A program made the translations under genes and the position numbers. The notes under the pieces were generated by a model, which did not search any database, had not been told where the DNA came from, and saw nothing but the letters and a program-made list of their open reading frames with translations. Below, one piece after another: positions 25,401 to 38,934 of a DNA stretch of 64,000 nucleotides (the first letter of the stretch is position 1; the number at the start of each line of letters is the position of its first letter). Source of the stretch: Raillietiella orientalis. Its lineage: Eukaryota. Location of the stretch: assembly GCA_036172245.1 (NCBI GenBank), contig JAYWIR010000041.1, forward strand, positions 124,001-188,000. The letters run 5' to 3'.

Positions 25401-28400
25401 AAAAGGGATGAATGGAGCGTGGAAATTTAATATTCTCACTCTGGGGTGAAAGGAGACCAGAGCACGGTCACACTCCCATTCTTCCCGTTTGGAACTCGAA
25501 AAATTCTGAAAAGCATCATTCGGCAAATGATGTGTTAACCCGGACTGCTGTAGGAGCTCAAGTAATGAAATTTTCGGCCGCACAAGAAGATCCGCATCTG
25601 CCTGGGATACATAATCCGCAGTACATAATCTACATCATAGAGACCCATCCGATGTTTCTGATGTACTGTGGGAGAAGTTGGATCGAATCAATGCGAGCAA
25701 CTTGTCAGCAGAAGTTTTCTTCTTCCTTTTTTTTTTTTTCTCGAAAAGGAGAAAAAAGCATGAGCCTGAACTTTTCATCTGAAGCTCACCCTGCGTTCCA
25801 CGCCGGGCTGCAGTGGGACTCGGAATGCGAAACATATGGCTCACAAGAAATGAAATGAAGAACCGAAACAAAGAAGGGAATAAGGTGGAGCCGCTGAGTG
25901 AGCTCCATTAGGTGGAGAAGGATGACCCCTCCTGAAGAATGAGAACGGGGGGACCATGCAAAACGAATACCATATTGCGCACACAACATAGGTAAGAGAG
26001 CCGAAGAACAAAAGCGGAAGTTCAGCATCAGTTCCAGTACTTATTTTTCGCATAAATTTTCAGCAAGAAATGCGCACGGGGAATTTAAGATTCCGCTCAG
26101 CTGGAATTACTCCATCTATTTTTATTTATTATCGTTTCGTTATCGACCCTTCAGAGAATGTTTGAAATGCTTCCCTGTAATCTGTGTATGGAGAGGAAGG
26201 ACGGACAAAATGCTATATCGGAAATATGCTACTGAAACGAACCCTCAAAAGATTTGATTACCGAGCTGGAGAAATGGATCAGGTGAAGAAGTTCAGTAGA
26301 AAAATTTGCAATGGAGAAAAAGTCACACGAGACTGATTCAAACCGGTGGATCCTATGTTAAAGGTAATAGAGCCAACGGACCATTTCAGAGTGCTTCAAA
26401 TTCCCTTGTAAATGCAATTTACATATGCAACTTGGTTCCATCCAAGGCGCGAAAAGATGTGACCATGTGAAGATGCTTTCATACGAATCACAGTGATACT
26501 TCCGTTGCCACGAGTTTTTTTTTTCTTTCGTTTTTTTTTTATTGTATTTCATTTTTTATATTTTTTTCAAATGCAGAAAAATCAGAGGATAATTATTCCG
26601 TGCATGCTACTTTTGCAAGTCTAGATCAGGAGCCCGTTTTACGCAGTCATCTTGCTCCTGCGACCACATCGTTTGATTCTGTTTTTTTTTTCGAAAGCCC
26701 TTCCTTCGGCGATCCCTGTCCACTGCTCCCCTGACAAGTTTGGGAGCAGTTTCTCGCTACGGCCATCGAGCAAATCCACTATGCATAATCACGAAAATGC
26801 GATTTGATTAAGATTTCTTCAAGGGAACTCGTGCTCGGTGGTCTCGGACAGATGTCCGGAATGCCCGATCTCCGGAACAACTTTTGTTCAGCAGCGAGTT
26901 CAAGCCCGGCAGAGACTCAAGAAGGTGAGCAAAGAGAGAGAGATGAAAGACGAATCCACCCTACACAAATCGCACGTAATAAAAACATGTCTGCGTGTGC
27001 GTGTGTGTCTGTCGTTGGATGCCCTCCAAGAGATCCAAGGTGTGGGTAGCCGGTCTGAGTAGCACAAACGCGCTCAAAAGAAAGGGTTGTACACATCCAT
27101 ACGTGACATCCGTACGTCGCTTGTGCACTTCATAGACCTGCGGATGCGTTCTCACGGAAGCATGTGGATGGGCAGTTAGAAGGACGCTCCTTCAAGACTC
27201 AAAAGAAAGGTTTGTACACATTTATAAAGCGCTTCTGCGCTTCCTAGACCTGAAGGTTTTTTTCCTTTGTACAACGTCCAAATCGCTCTAGTGAAGGATG
27301 CCCGGCACCCCCAACGGCTGCATTCGAATAAACGAGCAAAGAGTGCGGAGTACAAACACAGTGCGCGAATTCCAGGGTAGAAATTCCGCACGTAAGCGAA
27401 ATTCCCAAGCAGGACCCCACGGGACACAGGCGAATTCTCTCGGATTTCCGGAGCTACTCCTCACCTCATCAAAATTGATTCCGGCAGGTTGGTTACTCTC
27501 TCATTCGGTAGCTTTTCGCATGCAGAAGGGACGCACTACTTTCCTGCCGAAAAGTTTCTTGTCGATCCGCTCGGTGATCCCGAAATCTCTCGGAGATTTT
27601 AGCGGGGCATCGCAAGGCATCACTTGCAAAAGAAGAAGAAGAAGAAGAAAAACCCGCCGATTTCACACACGCACTTTTCCCCGCGTTCGAAGCGTGCGAA
27701 GGGACCAACGATGAACATACGTGAGTGTGCATGAGCTGCACTCATGCTTGGCGGGTACAACATTTCACGCAACGTTCCGGCATTCTTCCCCCCACCCCGA
27801 GAGAAGCACCACATCATCATTCAAGACATCGAAGCAAAAGGAGGCATTGGAAAACAAGACTTACGCTCAACCACTTTGCCCAGCTGGGCTTTGGCTTCTG
27901 GGGAGAGAACCAGGAACCACCGCACTTGAAGCAAGCAGTTGAGCACAGAGCAAATGGAGACGGATGCAAAGTGCGGCTTCATCTTCCTGGAGAATCGGCT
28001 ACCCCATGGAAGGAGGAAACGACGGGAGGTTGGCAACAGACGCTGAGATCATTCGCGGAACAATCAATATCGCTTTCCTCTCCCTCAGTATTGTTGCCGT
28101 TTTTCCTGTCTTGCAAACATCGAGAGCGTTCGATCTCGAGTCGCCGGACCTCACATCCCGATATCTGGCGTGCACCGACGCTCTGAGCTCTCCCGGAAAA
28201 CCATGCTGTTGGTACCAGTTCAATCACATACTGGAGTAAATCTTCGATATTGATAGAGTTTTGGAGATACAGGAATGATTTTGAAATCTGCGCTGAGTAC
28301 TTTGTCAGGAATTTCCGAAGGTAGCAGCAGCTTCTGCCATGGATGCTCGCGCAGGCGCCGTGGCTTCACTTCAGGGATGCGATAGTGGAAATCAATCGCA

Positions 28401-29294
28401 GAGGGTAACTCATTTGGATGTGAGGAAGCTGTGGATTGTAGCATCCCAGTCAACAATGGAGCAGGCATCTTCCCGGAGCTTAGCTTCTGCTGCATCTCTC
28501 TTGACAAGCTGCCTTGCGGAAAAAGAACAGCCGACCTGCCAAGTGATGTCATCCTTCTATTGATTATTTCGTGCCATCCAAATATAAAGGGAGCTGGGAC
28601 AGAACGCCTGTTACTTCCTTATTTTTTTTTTTGCTATTGTCTCCTGTGCCATCCTTGCAGCGGTTGGCATTCCACGTGCGAATTCTATTGCCCTGATCTT
28701 TTCTTCCATTTTTTTTTTCTTCTTCTTTATCTCCCTTTTTTTTTCTTTTTGATGGAATAAATATGTCTTTAATTATGGAAATTCGTGTGATATCTCAAGC
28801 TCTGAAGACTATTAGACTCAACATTTGTTAATTAATCAAATCTGCTCACTGTGGCCAATCAAGTTTAATTAATGCTATCAGTTGTTGCAAATTAGCCAGA
28901 GTGATTTCTGAATCCGAAGATGGTTCGTTCTAAAAAAAAAAACAAAAAAAAAACGCAAACAAGCAACCATCCGCCGAAATGGTAGGGATATTATAATTGG
29001 ACCCCATTCCAGCGAATGCCTCCTCCTCGTTGCGTAATTGGTTCGGTTCGGCATCCACGGAACAACATTTCGGGTCCACGAACACGGGGCAAAAAATCCA
29101 TTTGGAAATCCAAGGAAGACGTGTGGATCATTAGCGTGTTTGTGCTCACAGAGCCTTCGGTTTCGGCCATGATTCACCGCGAATGAGATACGGAAATCAT
29201 TCAACTTTTTCTTAAGCATCTTCAGGCTCATGGAACACTGTCGCTGATTTTGCGATGAAAAAGACTAAATAAATAAATAAAGCGAAAATTTGCG

Positions 29295-29298
<4 letters not shown>

Positions 29299-29382
<84 letters not shown>
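29299..29382. repeat. Compound microsatellite (CA)24(GA)18
   Basis: Read directly from the sequence. Confidence 0.98.
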
Positions 29383-29386
<4 letters not shown>

Positions 29387-30494
29387 CGATCTCACTTCTG
29401 GAAAAAAAAAATAACAAGGAAGTGATAAAGGCTTAAGAGGAGAATTACCGAAATTTCAAGTTACCGAATTCCACAGGATCGTGAGCCTCCAGCGAGTAAA
29501 TCCAACTGTAGAAGGATGAAGGACCTCACAGACTTTTCTTCAGCAACAACCTGGTGGAAAAGTAGAACCAAATTTATTTCATCTTGGGCTGGGATTGTTT
29601 GAGGGTGTGTTGCTTTTAAGAAGAGGAGCATCTGAAGACACTTGAGGTGCTCGCAGAGTGCCCGTTACGGAATCTCCAGGCAAGAGGTTGCACGGCTTCG
29701 GATGAACAGGTGATGGAAGCTCACTCTCCTGGACAACCGCTCTCACTTGCTCTCTTTTCTCTTTGGCAAGCGCATCCCTTCTCGTAAAGCAGCAAGCCCG
29801 ACTCGAGAAACAGCAGCCTTCCGCCCTAATGCGATTCATTTGAGAATGACAGCCCGAGAGTCGTGAAGGTTGGCTACAGTAGTCACTCATGGAGCTGACC
29901 CTTACGTCAGCGAAGAACGCGCAAGGTGAAAGATCTGCAGGCTCTTGCATCGTTCCGGGGTGAGGTTTGCGGCATTCTTAGGGAAGGAATCCAAACTCTC
30001 CGAGGCTCCGAATGTGAGACAGTGGACGTGGAAGATGCCATGTGTCGTTAAGAGCGGCCGAAAATTGGACACTCCTAAAGATCAGGAGCAATAAAGGATC
30101 AGACGAATGCAACGGTTCATATCTTGCTTATCGCTTTGAAAACAAGAAATCTTTCACGGAGGCGGAAAACGATATTCGAGGAAGGGAGGAGGAAGGGTTA
30201 GGAAGAGGCTCGTTAGAGCGACAAAGCATTCATCGGGATCATCAGAACCGTGAGAGCGCCTTTGCTCGTGTTCATGCGCGGCTCGTGTCTAACGAGGCTG
30301 CCAACGGCTTCAAGAGGCGCGCGCGCTTTGTCTGGAACTCGTCTAAGAGCAGGCGGCCAGGAGACCAGCCGTGGGGAGCAGATCCCAGGCGTCTTCCGCT
30401 TCCTGCTCCCCTCTCGTCGCAATTTCCCTCCCTCCCAGCATCTCTCGGTTCGCGATCTCCTGACCGCATCGGACCTCAGGCAGGGGCAGGTGAC

Positions 30495-30660
30495 TCCTCC
30501 TCCCTTCTTTCTCCTTCCTGCTCCCTTACTCCTCGTCCCTTCTCCCTTCTCCCTTCTTCCTCCCCTTTCTTCCTCTTCCCTTCCTCCCTTCTTCCTCCTC
30601 ATTATCATCATCATCGTCACCGGCATCTTTATCGTCGTCATCGCCGTCATCATCATTGTC
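30495..30660. repeat. Low-complexity CT-rich tract followed by an imperfect (CAT/CGT)n repeat
   Basis: Read directly from the sequence. Confidence 0.85.
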
Positions 30661-33544
30661 ACAGCCTTGCACCTCGGCGCGAGCGCGCGGGGTCGGTATG
30701 GAACATGTGACACTCGCTGTCTCGGACTCGCCCTCTCCGGCAAGGAAACGAGGTGTCCTCGACGCGGAAACACACTTTCGCAGATGTGGTGTCCTCCTTC
30801 CTGACTAGATCTGCCCGCTCATCCAGAGGGGGGCATGTTGATGCGAATCGCGGTTTCCTCCCTGCTCCCCGACTTTCTCCCTGCCATGTCGAGCTTCCAA
30901 AAGAGGGACAACAGGAACCGATTCTCTCCTCCGAGGGTGCCCCTTTGCGTGGTCCTCCTGGTGACTCTTTCACATTTGGGAATACCCGAACCTGTCAGAA
31001 CAGCGACGCTCTCCCAGAACTCCCTTCATCGGGATGCCGCAAGTCTCGAGCCCTCCTGGAGAGCAGCGTACACGCCCTCATCCTGAACCTGCTGAGAAAC
31101 GCTCCAAGAAAAGTTTCCTTTCCCTCGCTCCTGTAGCCCTTCTCTCTGACCTTCTCCCACAAACCCTCACCGTCTCGGAGGTTCCAGAAAAAATGCGCAG
31201 GAAGCGGACTTGGGATGACGGCGTTTCTTTTTCTACGCCAAAGGCCCAGTCATCTTGCATGTCTACGACTCTCGGGGTTTCCGAGCCGAAGGCCTCGGAG
31301 AAGGAAGGACTGCACGCAAGGGTCCGTCCCATCCGGGAAACGGAGACAGCCATCGGGAGCAGAAGTCACTGGCCTACCTATCAGGATGGAAGGACCATCA
31401 GAATGACCGCATGTGCGTCTTCCAGGGACGTTTTAGACGTTCCACTCTGCATGGAAGCAGCTCAAGTTCCGTGCGCGGTTCGCAGTTCCCCATCCCGAGT
31501 GCCAAGCCCGTAGGATGAGGCAAGCTCTTCGCGCATCCCACGATGCGCGCATGCTGATACGCCTTATAGCCACTCTGCCGAGGATGCTGCTCAGGGAGAA
31601 GCCTCCATGACTGCTGAGCGGCAGCATGATCGGTGTGACGTCACTCCACCTTGGTAAGCTGGCCAGCCACTTGGCCTACGCCGTTTCATTAGGCACCCAG
31701 AGGACTTCTGAGATGGACCTTATGGGAGCTATACCAAAGACGCGACATGTGGCAATCGTTCGCCGTTCCCTTGGTGATCCGGGATGCTGGGTACCAAGGA
31801 AACAGCGAACGCAGTCTTTGGTACTTCAGCGGCAGCGCCTCCCGGAAGAAGGAAGCTGGGAAGGTCAGGCGCTTGAGGGGAAATCGGTCGTCACTGAAGC
31901 TTCTCGAGGTCAAAGGCGATTGATCTGTCTTGAAAGCAGATGAAAGGAAAAGGGAAAAACAAGACGAGAGAGGCGGGCATCGAGGAGCCCAACTCCAGCC
32001 TCTCCTTGCCAGCACTTGGAAACCGCAAAGACACGGAGTGAAACCGAAATGTCTCCGCACTCTCCCTGGGATGCCGGAAAGGGCTAAGGACCTCCCCCCC
32101 TTTCCCCACGTTCTCTCGAAATAACAAGAAGCTACGGGAGGAAGAAAGCATCCACGTAGACGACCACGTCGGTCTTCGGGCATGGGAGCACTTCCGTTTA
32201 TTTTGGAAAAGCAGTGGGTTTCACGGGATTCTCTGCGGATGCCCTCCTCACGTGCAGCCGGGGCTGCTGGAGGAGACTTCATGGGTACAGCAGGCTTCAT
32301 CTAGAGCTTGTCACATCGGGAATGGCTGCAACTCTTTGTGCAAGACGCAGAGCGCATCCATGTCCTCTGACAGGGAGACGCTTCCAAAGTTCGCCGTGCA
32401 CCGGACGCGCGGTTGATTGGAACGTGCCGAGGGAGGTTTCGGCGGGAGCGCAAGAGCGATCCCGGAGTTTCCAGTCCAGGATGCCTCAGCAGAGCTCCCA
32501 AACGAAAACCGAATGAGGCTTTTCCCATGTGAGTGGAGATCCCCTTGAGGCCGCTTGGCAACCCGAGCACGGAATCCGAAGCTCAGACTATCAAGCGGCT
32601 GCGAGGTGGGATCCAGCCTGGAAGATTAGAAAACAGGTCTCTCCCAGAAGACCCACTCAGGGGGCATCCCTCAAGCAAACGATAGGTCCTGAAGGAATGT
32701 TCAGATCAGCAGATTCCGCTTGCAAAAGTGCGGCTTCCACTCCCTTGGGAGAATCGTCGAAAGCAAAAGCAGCCCTCGGGACTGGTTTCCATTTCATCGA
32801 GAACGCGACCAGTGCCTTTCGCGGCGATGATTCTGCACTCCTCCCTCGCGAAGAAAGCTGCAGGTCGGGTGCAAGACTTTGCCTGCAGCCCCCCGGGAAC
32901 AACCACCAGTCGGAGCAAGCGATTAGCATGCAGTCAGCTACTTCCTCTGACTTGAAGGCAGGACAAGGGGCGGTCCTGAGGTGTAAGGGAGGAAGGGGGA
33001 GGAGAGGAGGAAGGGATTCCTCCCTCCCGTCTCCTAGGAAGGGCGTCGAAAGGGATTCCGAGGAGCCGGAAGGTCTCCCTCCCAGGGTGATGCCAGAGGG
33101 AGTCGAAGGGGAGAAGGGAAGAAGGAAGGAAGAGCAGTTATCCTGGAAAGCGGACGTGCGTAAGAGCATCTCCTAATCCGCGGTGGTAAAATCAGAACCC
33201 AGAGCTTCCGAAAGAAACCCAGAGCGGGAGAGGAACAGGAGGCGCACCTCTTGAAAACTCGCAGAGATGCGTCTTTCCTTCCATCCGGGGCAACCTGGAT
33301 GCTGGAGCACATCCGACATGCGGAAGCTTCCTGTCTCCCAGTCCTGACCCGAAAGACCTCATCCACGTGCAGGGTGCATCACAACCTCCTCTTATCATTC
33401 CTCTGGCGATCTTCTTTGCATCGCCGTTACCTTGGAGGCCTCATTGTTACGAAGGAAGGGAATGAGTAGAAAAAAAAAACCAAGAAGAATATCTACAGAT
33501 CCGTGCCGTTTTCCTCCGGAGGTCGTGCGAGGTTCCGCTGAAGA

Positions 33545-34189
33545 ATGGACCGCAAGCTGCTGCTTGCACTGCCGCCTCCGCCGCTGCTCCTTATCGGTGT
33601 CCTACTTGTCCCCTTCCTTTCCCAGTCCGCTTCCTCCCATGCCGTGCCCCCGTCACTGGAGAAGGTGCGCCAGGCATGCTTGGACGCTCACAACCAGTAC
33701 AGGCGAGCTCACGGGTGTCCCTACCTGCAGCCGCGCAAGGACCTGGACGCAGCCGCCCAGGAGTGGGCGGAGTACCTGGCACAGGTGGGCCACCTCACGC
33801 ACGACCGCAACACCAACCAGGGAGAGAACCTCTACTTTGCAACGACCTTCAAGTCTCTATCCGAGGCCCACGGCAAGGAGGCTGTGAACGCCTGGTACGG
33901 CGAGATCTCCCGGTACCAGTTCGGGAGAAACGAATGGATTCCATCCACGGGACACTTCACCCAGGTGATCTGGAGGAACTCGCAGTACTTGGGAGTGGGG
34001 GCCGTTCAGAAAGGGCAGATGATCTACATCGTGGCCAGATACTCGCCAGCGGGGAACGTCATCGGTCACTTCCTGGAGAACGTGCCCCCTCCCACGGGAG
34101 CGACCGCCTCCGCGTCACCCCTAGAAGGGCTGATCCTCCTCCTCTTCCTCTGCCTGGCTGTCGTCCTGCTCTCCTCTCACACGAGGTGA
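33545..34189 (+). CDS. CAP/SCP-domain protein (GAPR-1/GLIPR2-like) with signal peptide and C-terminal hydrophobic (GPI-signal or TM) tail, 214 aa
   Basis: Uninterrupted ORF with CAP motifs HNQYRRAH, AQEWAEYL, GENL, AVNAWYGEI, GHFTQVIW and YIVARYSPAGNVIGHF. Hydrophobic N-terminus (LLLIGVLLVPFLSQSASS) and C-terminus (GLILLLFLCLAVVLLSS). Confidence 0.93.
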   Translation: MDRKLLLALPPPPLLLIGVLLVPFLSQSASSHAVPPSLEKVRQACLDAHNQYRRAHGCPYLQPRKDLDAAAQEWAEYLAQVGHLTHDRNTNQGENLYFATTFKSLSEAHGKEAVNAWYGEISRYQFGRNEWIPSTGHFTQVIWRNSQYLGVGAVQKGQMIYIVARYSPAGNVIGHFLENVPPPTGATASASPLEGLILLLFLCLAVVLLSSHTR

Positions 34190-37100
34190 GGGACCATGCC
34201 AGGGCCCTGTCGCCCCGGCCCTGGACCGTCGTGCCTTCACTCGGTTCTCCCGGCCCAGGCACCGCGGCATGCGGCGGAAGGACGCCCTCGGATCACCTCC
34301 TTCTCCTCCCTCGCCTCGGCGAGCCCACGGGATCCAGCGGCGCCATCTTCGAGGTCTAGGGGGAAGTGCCCTCCTGGAGATCCTCCTGCGGAGGAGCGGA
34401 GGCGGCGGCAGGCAGATCCCCACCCTCCCGAGGAGGACCGGCCGCCGGAAAGACGTGCGACCTGCGACAACGGGAGGGCAGCCGAGTAGCCAGCAGGAAT
34501 GGGCGCTGGCCGGGCCCAGGACCCGTTGAGGACGCGCAGCCAGGAAGAGAAGGGAGGACGCATGAAGAGACGGACCGCAGAGTGGGGGTCACCCCCTCGA
34601 AGGCGACGCTTCCCCCAGGAAGACCTCGCCCGGGACCGCAGGTTGCGAAGGCATTGCCGCACCCCCCAGGAGCCGAGCGGAGGCGAACCCGGGAGTAAGC
34701 TTCGCAAGCGAAAAGCAGATTCTTGTGCTTATAGACATCTGTGTTTTCCTTTTTTCTCTCCCCTTCCGGAAGAGGTCTCCTGTGAAGATTTGGGCTTGCT
34801 AGCTGTCCGCCTGTCTCTCATTTGGGAATGGGAACGGGAAGGGGATGATCACTGTAGGGATACGAGGATGGGTCCCCTTGTCGACCCGTAGCGGGTGTGG
34901 GAAAAGCGGAGGGAAGCAAGGGTCAGCGAAGCGCCTCGCTGTCTTGGCCCTTGACCTGTGGGAGGTCGGGGGCGCGTCGACGGGAGAGCGGGGTCAGGCA
35001 GGAAGGGGAACCCGCGACGTCCCGTGAAGGCTCCGCATGCAAAGCGCCTCCTTAGGTGGCACTTGCTCTCTGCCTTCGCTCCTCCCCTTGCACCGAGATC
35101 CTCCCGTTCGCTCCCTTCCGCTCCCTCGAACTCACCGTCTCTCCCAGAAGGAGAAGGAACCGGAAACCCCGTGAGGAGGGTCAAGCAGGAACTCTGGAAG
35201 AATCCCTTAGGCATACCCACCAGCGCTCATGACTCTCGGGTGCTCCCTTGCATTTCCTGTGGCACACGATTGCTTCAGGGTGTGTATCCCAAACGCCCAC
35301 AATAAGCATGCAACATGGAAAAAAAAAGTATCGGAGTAGGTCTGTGGGTTCTACCATAGTTAGAAGTGCTCTGGATTGGAGACGATGAAGAAGGTCAGTC
35401 AGATGACGAAGGTCAGTAGGGAAGAAGGAGGGATGCTAAAAAAGGAAATGAAAAAAAAAAAAAAAAGATCTCTGTAGAGAAGGAAGGAAAGGAAGACCAC
35501 TGGTATCCGCACCTGCATCCCGTGCGGGATGCTGGCAAGTTCCACTGCATCTCGTTGCCCACCTCGAGGAGGTCGTCACGTGGATGGAGTCGGGTTCTCC
35601 TGTGCCTCGTGTCGCGACCGCGCCTCCGGTTTTCGATCACTCCAGCAGGTGCTGCGCAAGAAGGGGTGCTGTAGCACTTCTCCGGGGGTTCACCCCAGGG
35701 AGTAAGTGGTGCATTTCACGAGACTCTGCTGCACACCCGTCGGAGAGCGGCACAGTCCACAAGCACTTGAGGGAAGGATTCCTCCTCCTCGCATGTGGCA
35801 CGGCTTGTGACCGCGCTTACCTCTCGTGACGGGGAGAAGGTGGAGGGGTTGCAAGGGTGGCACCAATGCAGCAGCACCACCAACAAGTGCTGCCACCTCA
35901 GAGGAAGGATGGGGTGTTCCTTAGAGCCGCAAGATTCCTACGGTGATTTCAAGGACAACTGTCCAGTAAAGTGGTCCTTTCGTCATTGCACTTGGCGGCA
36001 TCGCTGGGTCGGCAAATGGTTCCGCCGTCCAGCCACCAAACTCCTCCCTGCAACCTCTCACGTCGCCGCCCGCTTTGCCGACTTGCCACTGTCAGTGCTC
36101 TTAGGGAAGACAGCGCCGCAGCAAGAAGAGCTGTGGAGCCTTGAGTCAACTTTTGCGGATGTTGCTCGAGGGTGCACTTGCTGAGATGCCGGTATCGCTA
36201 AAGGAAGATGTTTTCCGGGATGGTCTCCATTATCTCCTCCCATATATTCATTGCCTACCCCCGTCAGGCATCACAGTCTGTAAGGAGACAGAGAGTCTGT
36301 ATTTTCTTAGATCGGCGTGACAATACGCCGAATCGGAAAGTCGTATTGCCCCCATCTTCGATGGCTGCGCAGCAGCAGACTCCCCGATCCTCAGCAGCTG
36401 GTCACTTCCCTGAGAATTAGACGTGCTGGGGTACACAGGGAGTGCTGGGCCACCAGTCCCAGTCTCCCGAATCGGGATTGTTTCTTCATGCACTTCAACG
36501 CGTGGAGACCAAGTCCTCCATCGTGACGAGGAGTCTCCAGGTCCTCGAGGCCATTGCTCAAGGAGTCATATGATGCAGCGCCGGATGGAGGAGAACGAAG
36601 GAAAGCATGGGAGACAAATGAGGTGGAGTCGGCCTCAGGGTGTAGCGGTGAAACTAAGTCTGAGCGTCCATCCATCTATCCTGCCCTCTGACTGCTGGAA
36701 AACCTAGGATTTCGATTCTCCAGCTGATACCAGGATGACGTGGGAGTGAAGGTGGACACAGAGGTCGGGTTTCTCTGGCCCTCTGCAGGAGGAACCCGAA
36801 ATCATGACCAAAGAGCACTGTTTTTGCTTCACAGAAGCAGTGCAGGATACTTCTCCGGATCTCAGAGGCTACAGGTATTGGTCGGACTCCGGGGGAGACA
36901 GATTCTTCCGAACAGATAAGGAGACGCGAGCTATCTAAAACGCCTGTGGAACTGCCCGAAAGCAAAGGAATCTGTCATCCAGAAGACGTGGGAGTAAAGA
37001 TAGAAGAGTCTCTTAAAGAAGCCGTGCCTATTTTTTCTTTCTCTTCAGTTCCAAAGATCATTTAAAGCAGGTGAGTTTTCACTCATATCGTTCAACGCTC

Positions 37101-38934
37101 CGCTCTTCTGCAGCATAGTTTCAGGTCTTTCCGCGAGATGTCATCCAAGGAACAGTCAGCGTCCCTGTTGGAGTTCCCTACAGCTGAGTCCCAATGTAAT
37201 CTCAGCTGTAAGGACCATGGATCCCCAAGAAACGTCTGCAGAGACCACGTCACGGATATCTGGGCAGGTTTAGACGAAACTACAAGATCATCAGAAAGGG
37301 AGAACACTAATCTGGATGACAGAGTCACGAAGGGGCGAACTCGCCTTTGCCATACACCCGAAATCATCCGAAAAGAAAAGCAGCATCTTTAAATTAGGTT
37401 TGTGATCAGAAAAGGAAATTTCCAGAATTACCCTCTTTCTTCCAGTTTAGGAGGCACCGGTTAGCGGCTGGCATTGCCTCATCTCACAACCCCACCTGAT
37501 TTCCAGTTGCCTCTTCTGATGAAGAACCCCACTTTTTTGGAGCAAAGCTAAAGGGTGCCTACCGAAATTTTGAGAGCTCAAAAATGTTTCTCTTGGAGAT
37601 TCTCAGAATACTTTCATCAAGGAAATCCTTAATACCAGGAGATGGAAAATGCACAGAACCTCACTTGCTCGGGAAGACTTTTGGTTGAGGAATGAAACAC
37701 GGTGCCAAGTTTACGGAATGATCTTTGCGTAGAGGAAGACGAACTTTCAAGCTCAGAGATTGATCCTCCTTACCTTGCCACCTCTCCCCATGGAATGCAC
37801 GTGGGATTACAATCAGGCAGTGAAGCAGGAAGAGAGATGAATAAAAGATGATCAGCTCCTTTGCCGTAGGTGGTCCAGTCGAGCCTCTCTAGCACGAGAT
37901 TCCCCAGAAGGGCAGTTTCCTCTATTGCAAAGTGTAATGAGGCAGTTCGTCCACCGGATTGGCATCTTCTTCTCATCAGAACTTCCTCAGCCTCCTATGT
38001 ATGTTCGTCGGGTTGCCAGCAGGTTCCCCTTGTGCTCCTTACGTACCAAGGAAGGGAGCTGCACGGCGTCCCCTTATAGAAAGTTTACCCGTTCCGCCCA
38101 CCTCAAATGATCCAAACATCCTGCTAGTTGCACGGGCGGAGTTTGGGGAAAGGGGAGCGACCCTACCAACTGATCGTGTCTTCAAGATCTCGAGGTCCTG
38201 TGCCACCGAAGGGTTCGTGAACCTGTGAAGATGACGCCTGCCGCGTTGGTGGAATGTACCCTGCGTGTTGTTGAATCCGTACACACGTATCTGATATGCG
38301 CGTGTCTTTTGCACTCGTTTGTGTATTTGCAGGTGTCGTTTTACAAATAACGATAATAACTGCGATGCTTTGATTGTGGATGACGAAGCATTGTACCCGT
38401 TGTATACACATCGTGGATGGTATGCATTACGAATAATTTCAAGAAAGTTACATCAGGTAGATGAGCACGCATGCACTGTTGTTGCCAGGAAACATCGTGG
38501 AAAGTTTGGTCATTACCATGTTGACATGCATTGCGGCTGCTGTACTTGTCACACTATTCATCTCCACCAAGGTCCCCCTGCTATGGCATCCCTCACTGAT
38601 TTACACAGAAGTGGAGCGGATCAGCGCTTTCCTTTTCAAGTCGATCTCCCTTAGCTCCACGTTTCTTCCCAGTGAAATTCGATGTCGGATTCCAGACAGC
38701 TACGCCCTGAAAGCAGGTTTGACTTTCCCGTGCTCGCAGAGTCTGATGTTGCCGTTAACGCGGAAGCACATGCATCCCTGATTTCCTGATCAGGAGTTTC
38801 GCTGTATCTTCTCCGGCACAGAAGAATTTAAATTCGCCCAAATTTCGGTTATCATTCACGAAAATTGGTGTTTCTCCTGCAACAAAGTTTAAAACAAAGA
38901 AAAAAAATCTGATGTTTTAGCAGCGCATGCAATT

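Noticed and set aside
25383..25583. Possible AP-endonuclease fragment (LLELLQQSGLTHHL)
   Set aside because: One weak motif only; no GDFN or SDH support.
35490..35930. Cys-rich phrases (TGCRCGYQW; CKGG/CSSTTNKCCH)
   Set aside because: Too short and frame-inconsistent to assign to a zinc ribbon or transposase C-terminal domain.
37510..37560. Hammerhead-ribozyme-like CTGATGA cores (also near 46705 and 63570)
   Set aside because: No properly paired stem II followed by GAAA, and no closing stems.
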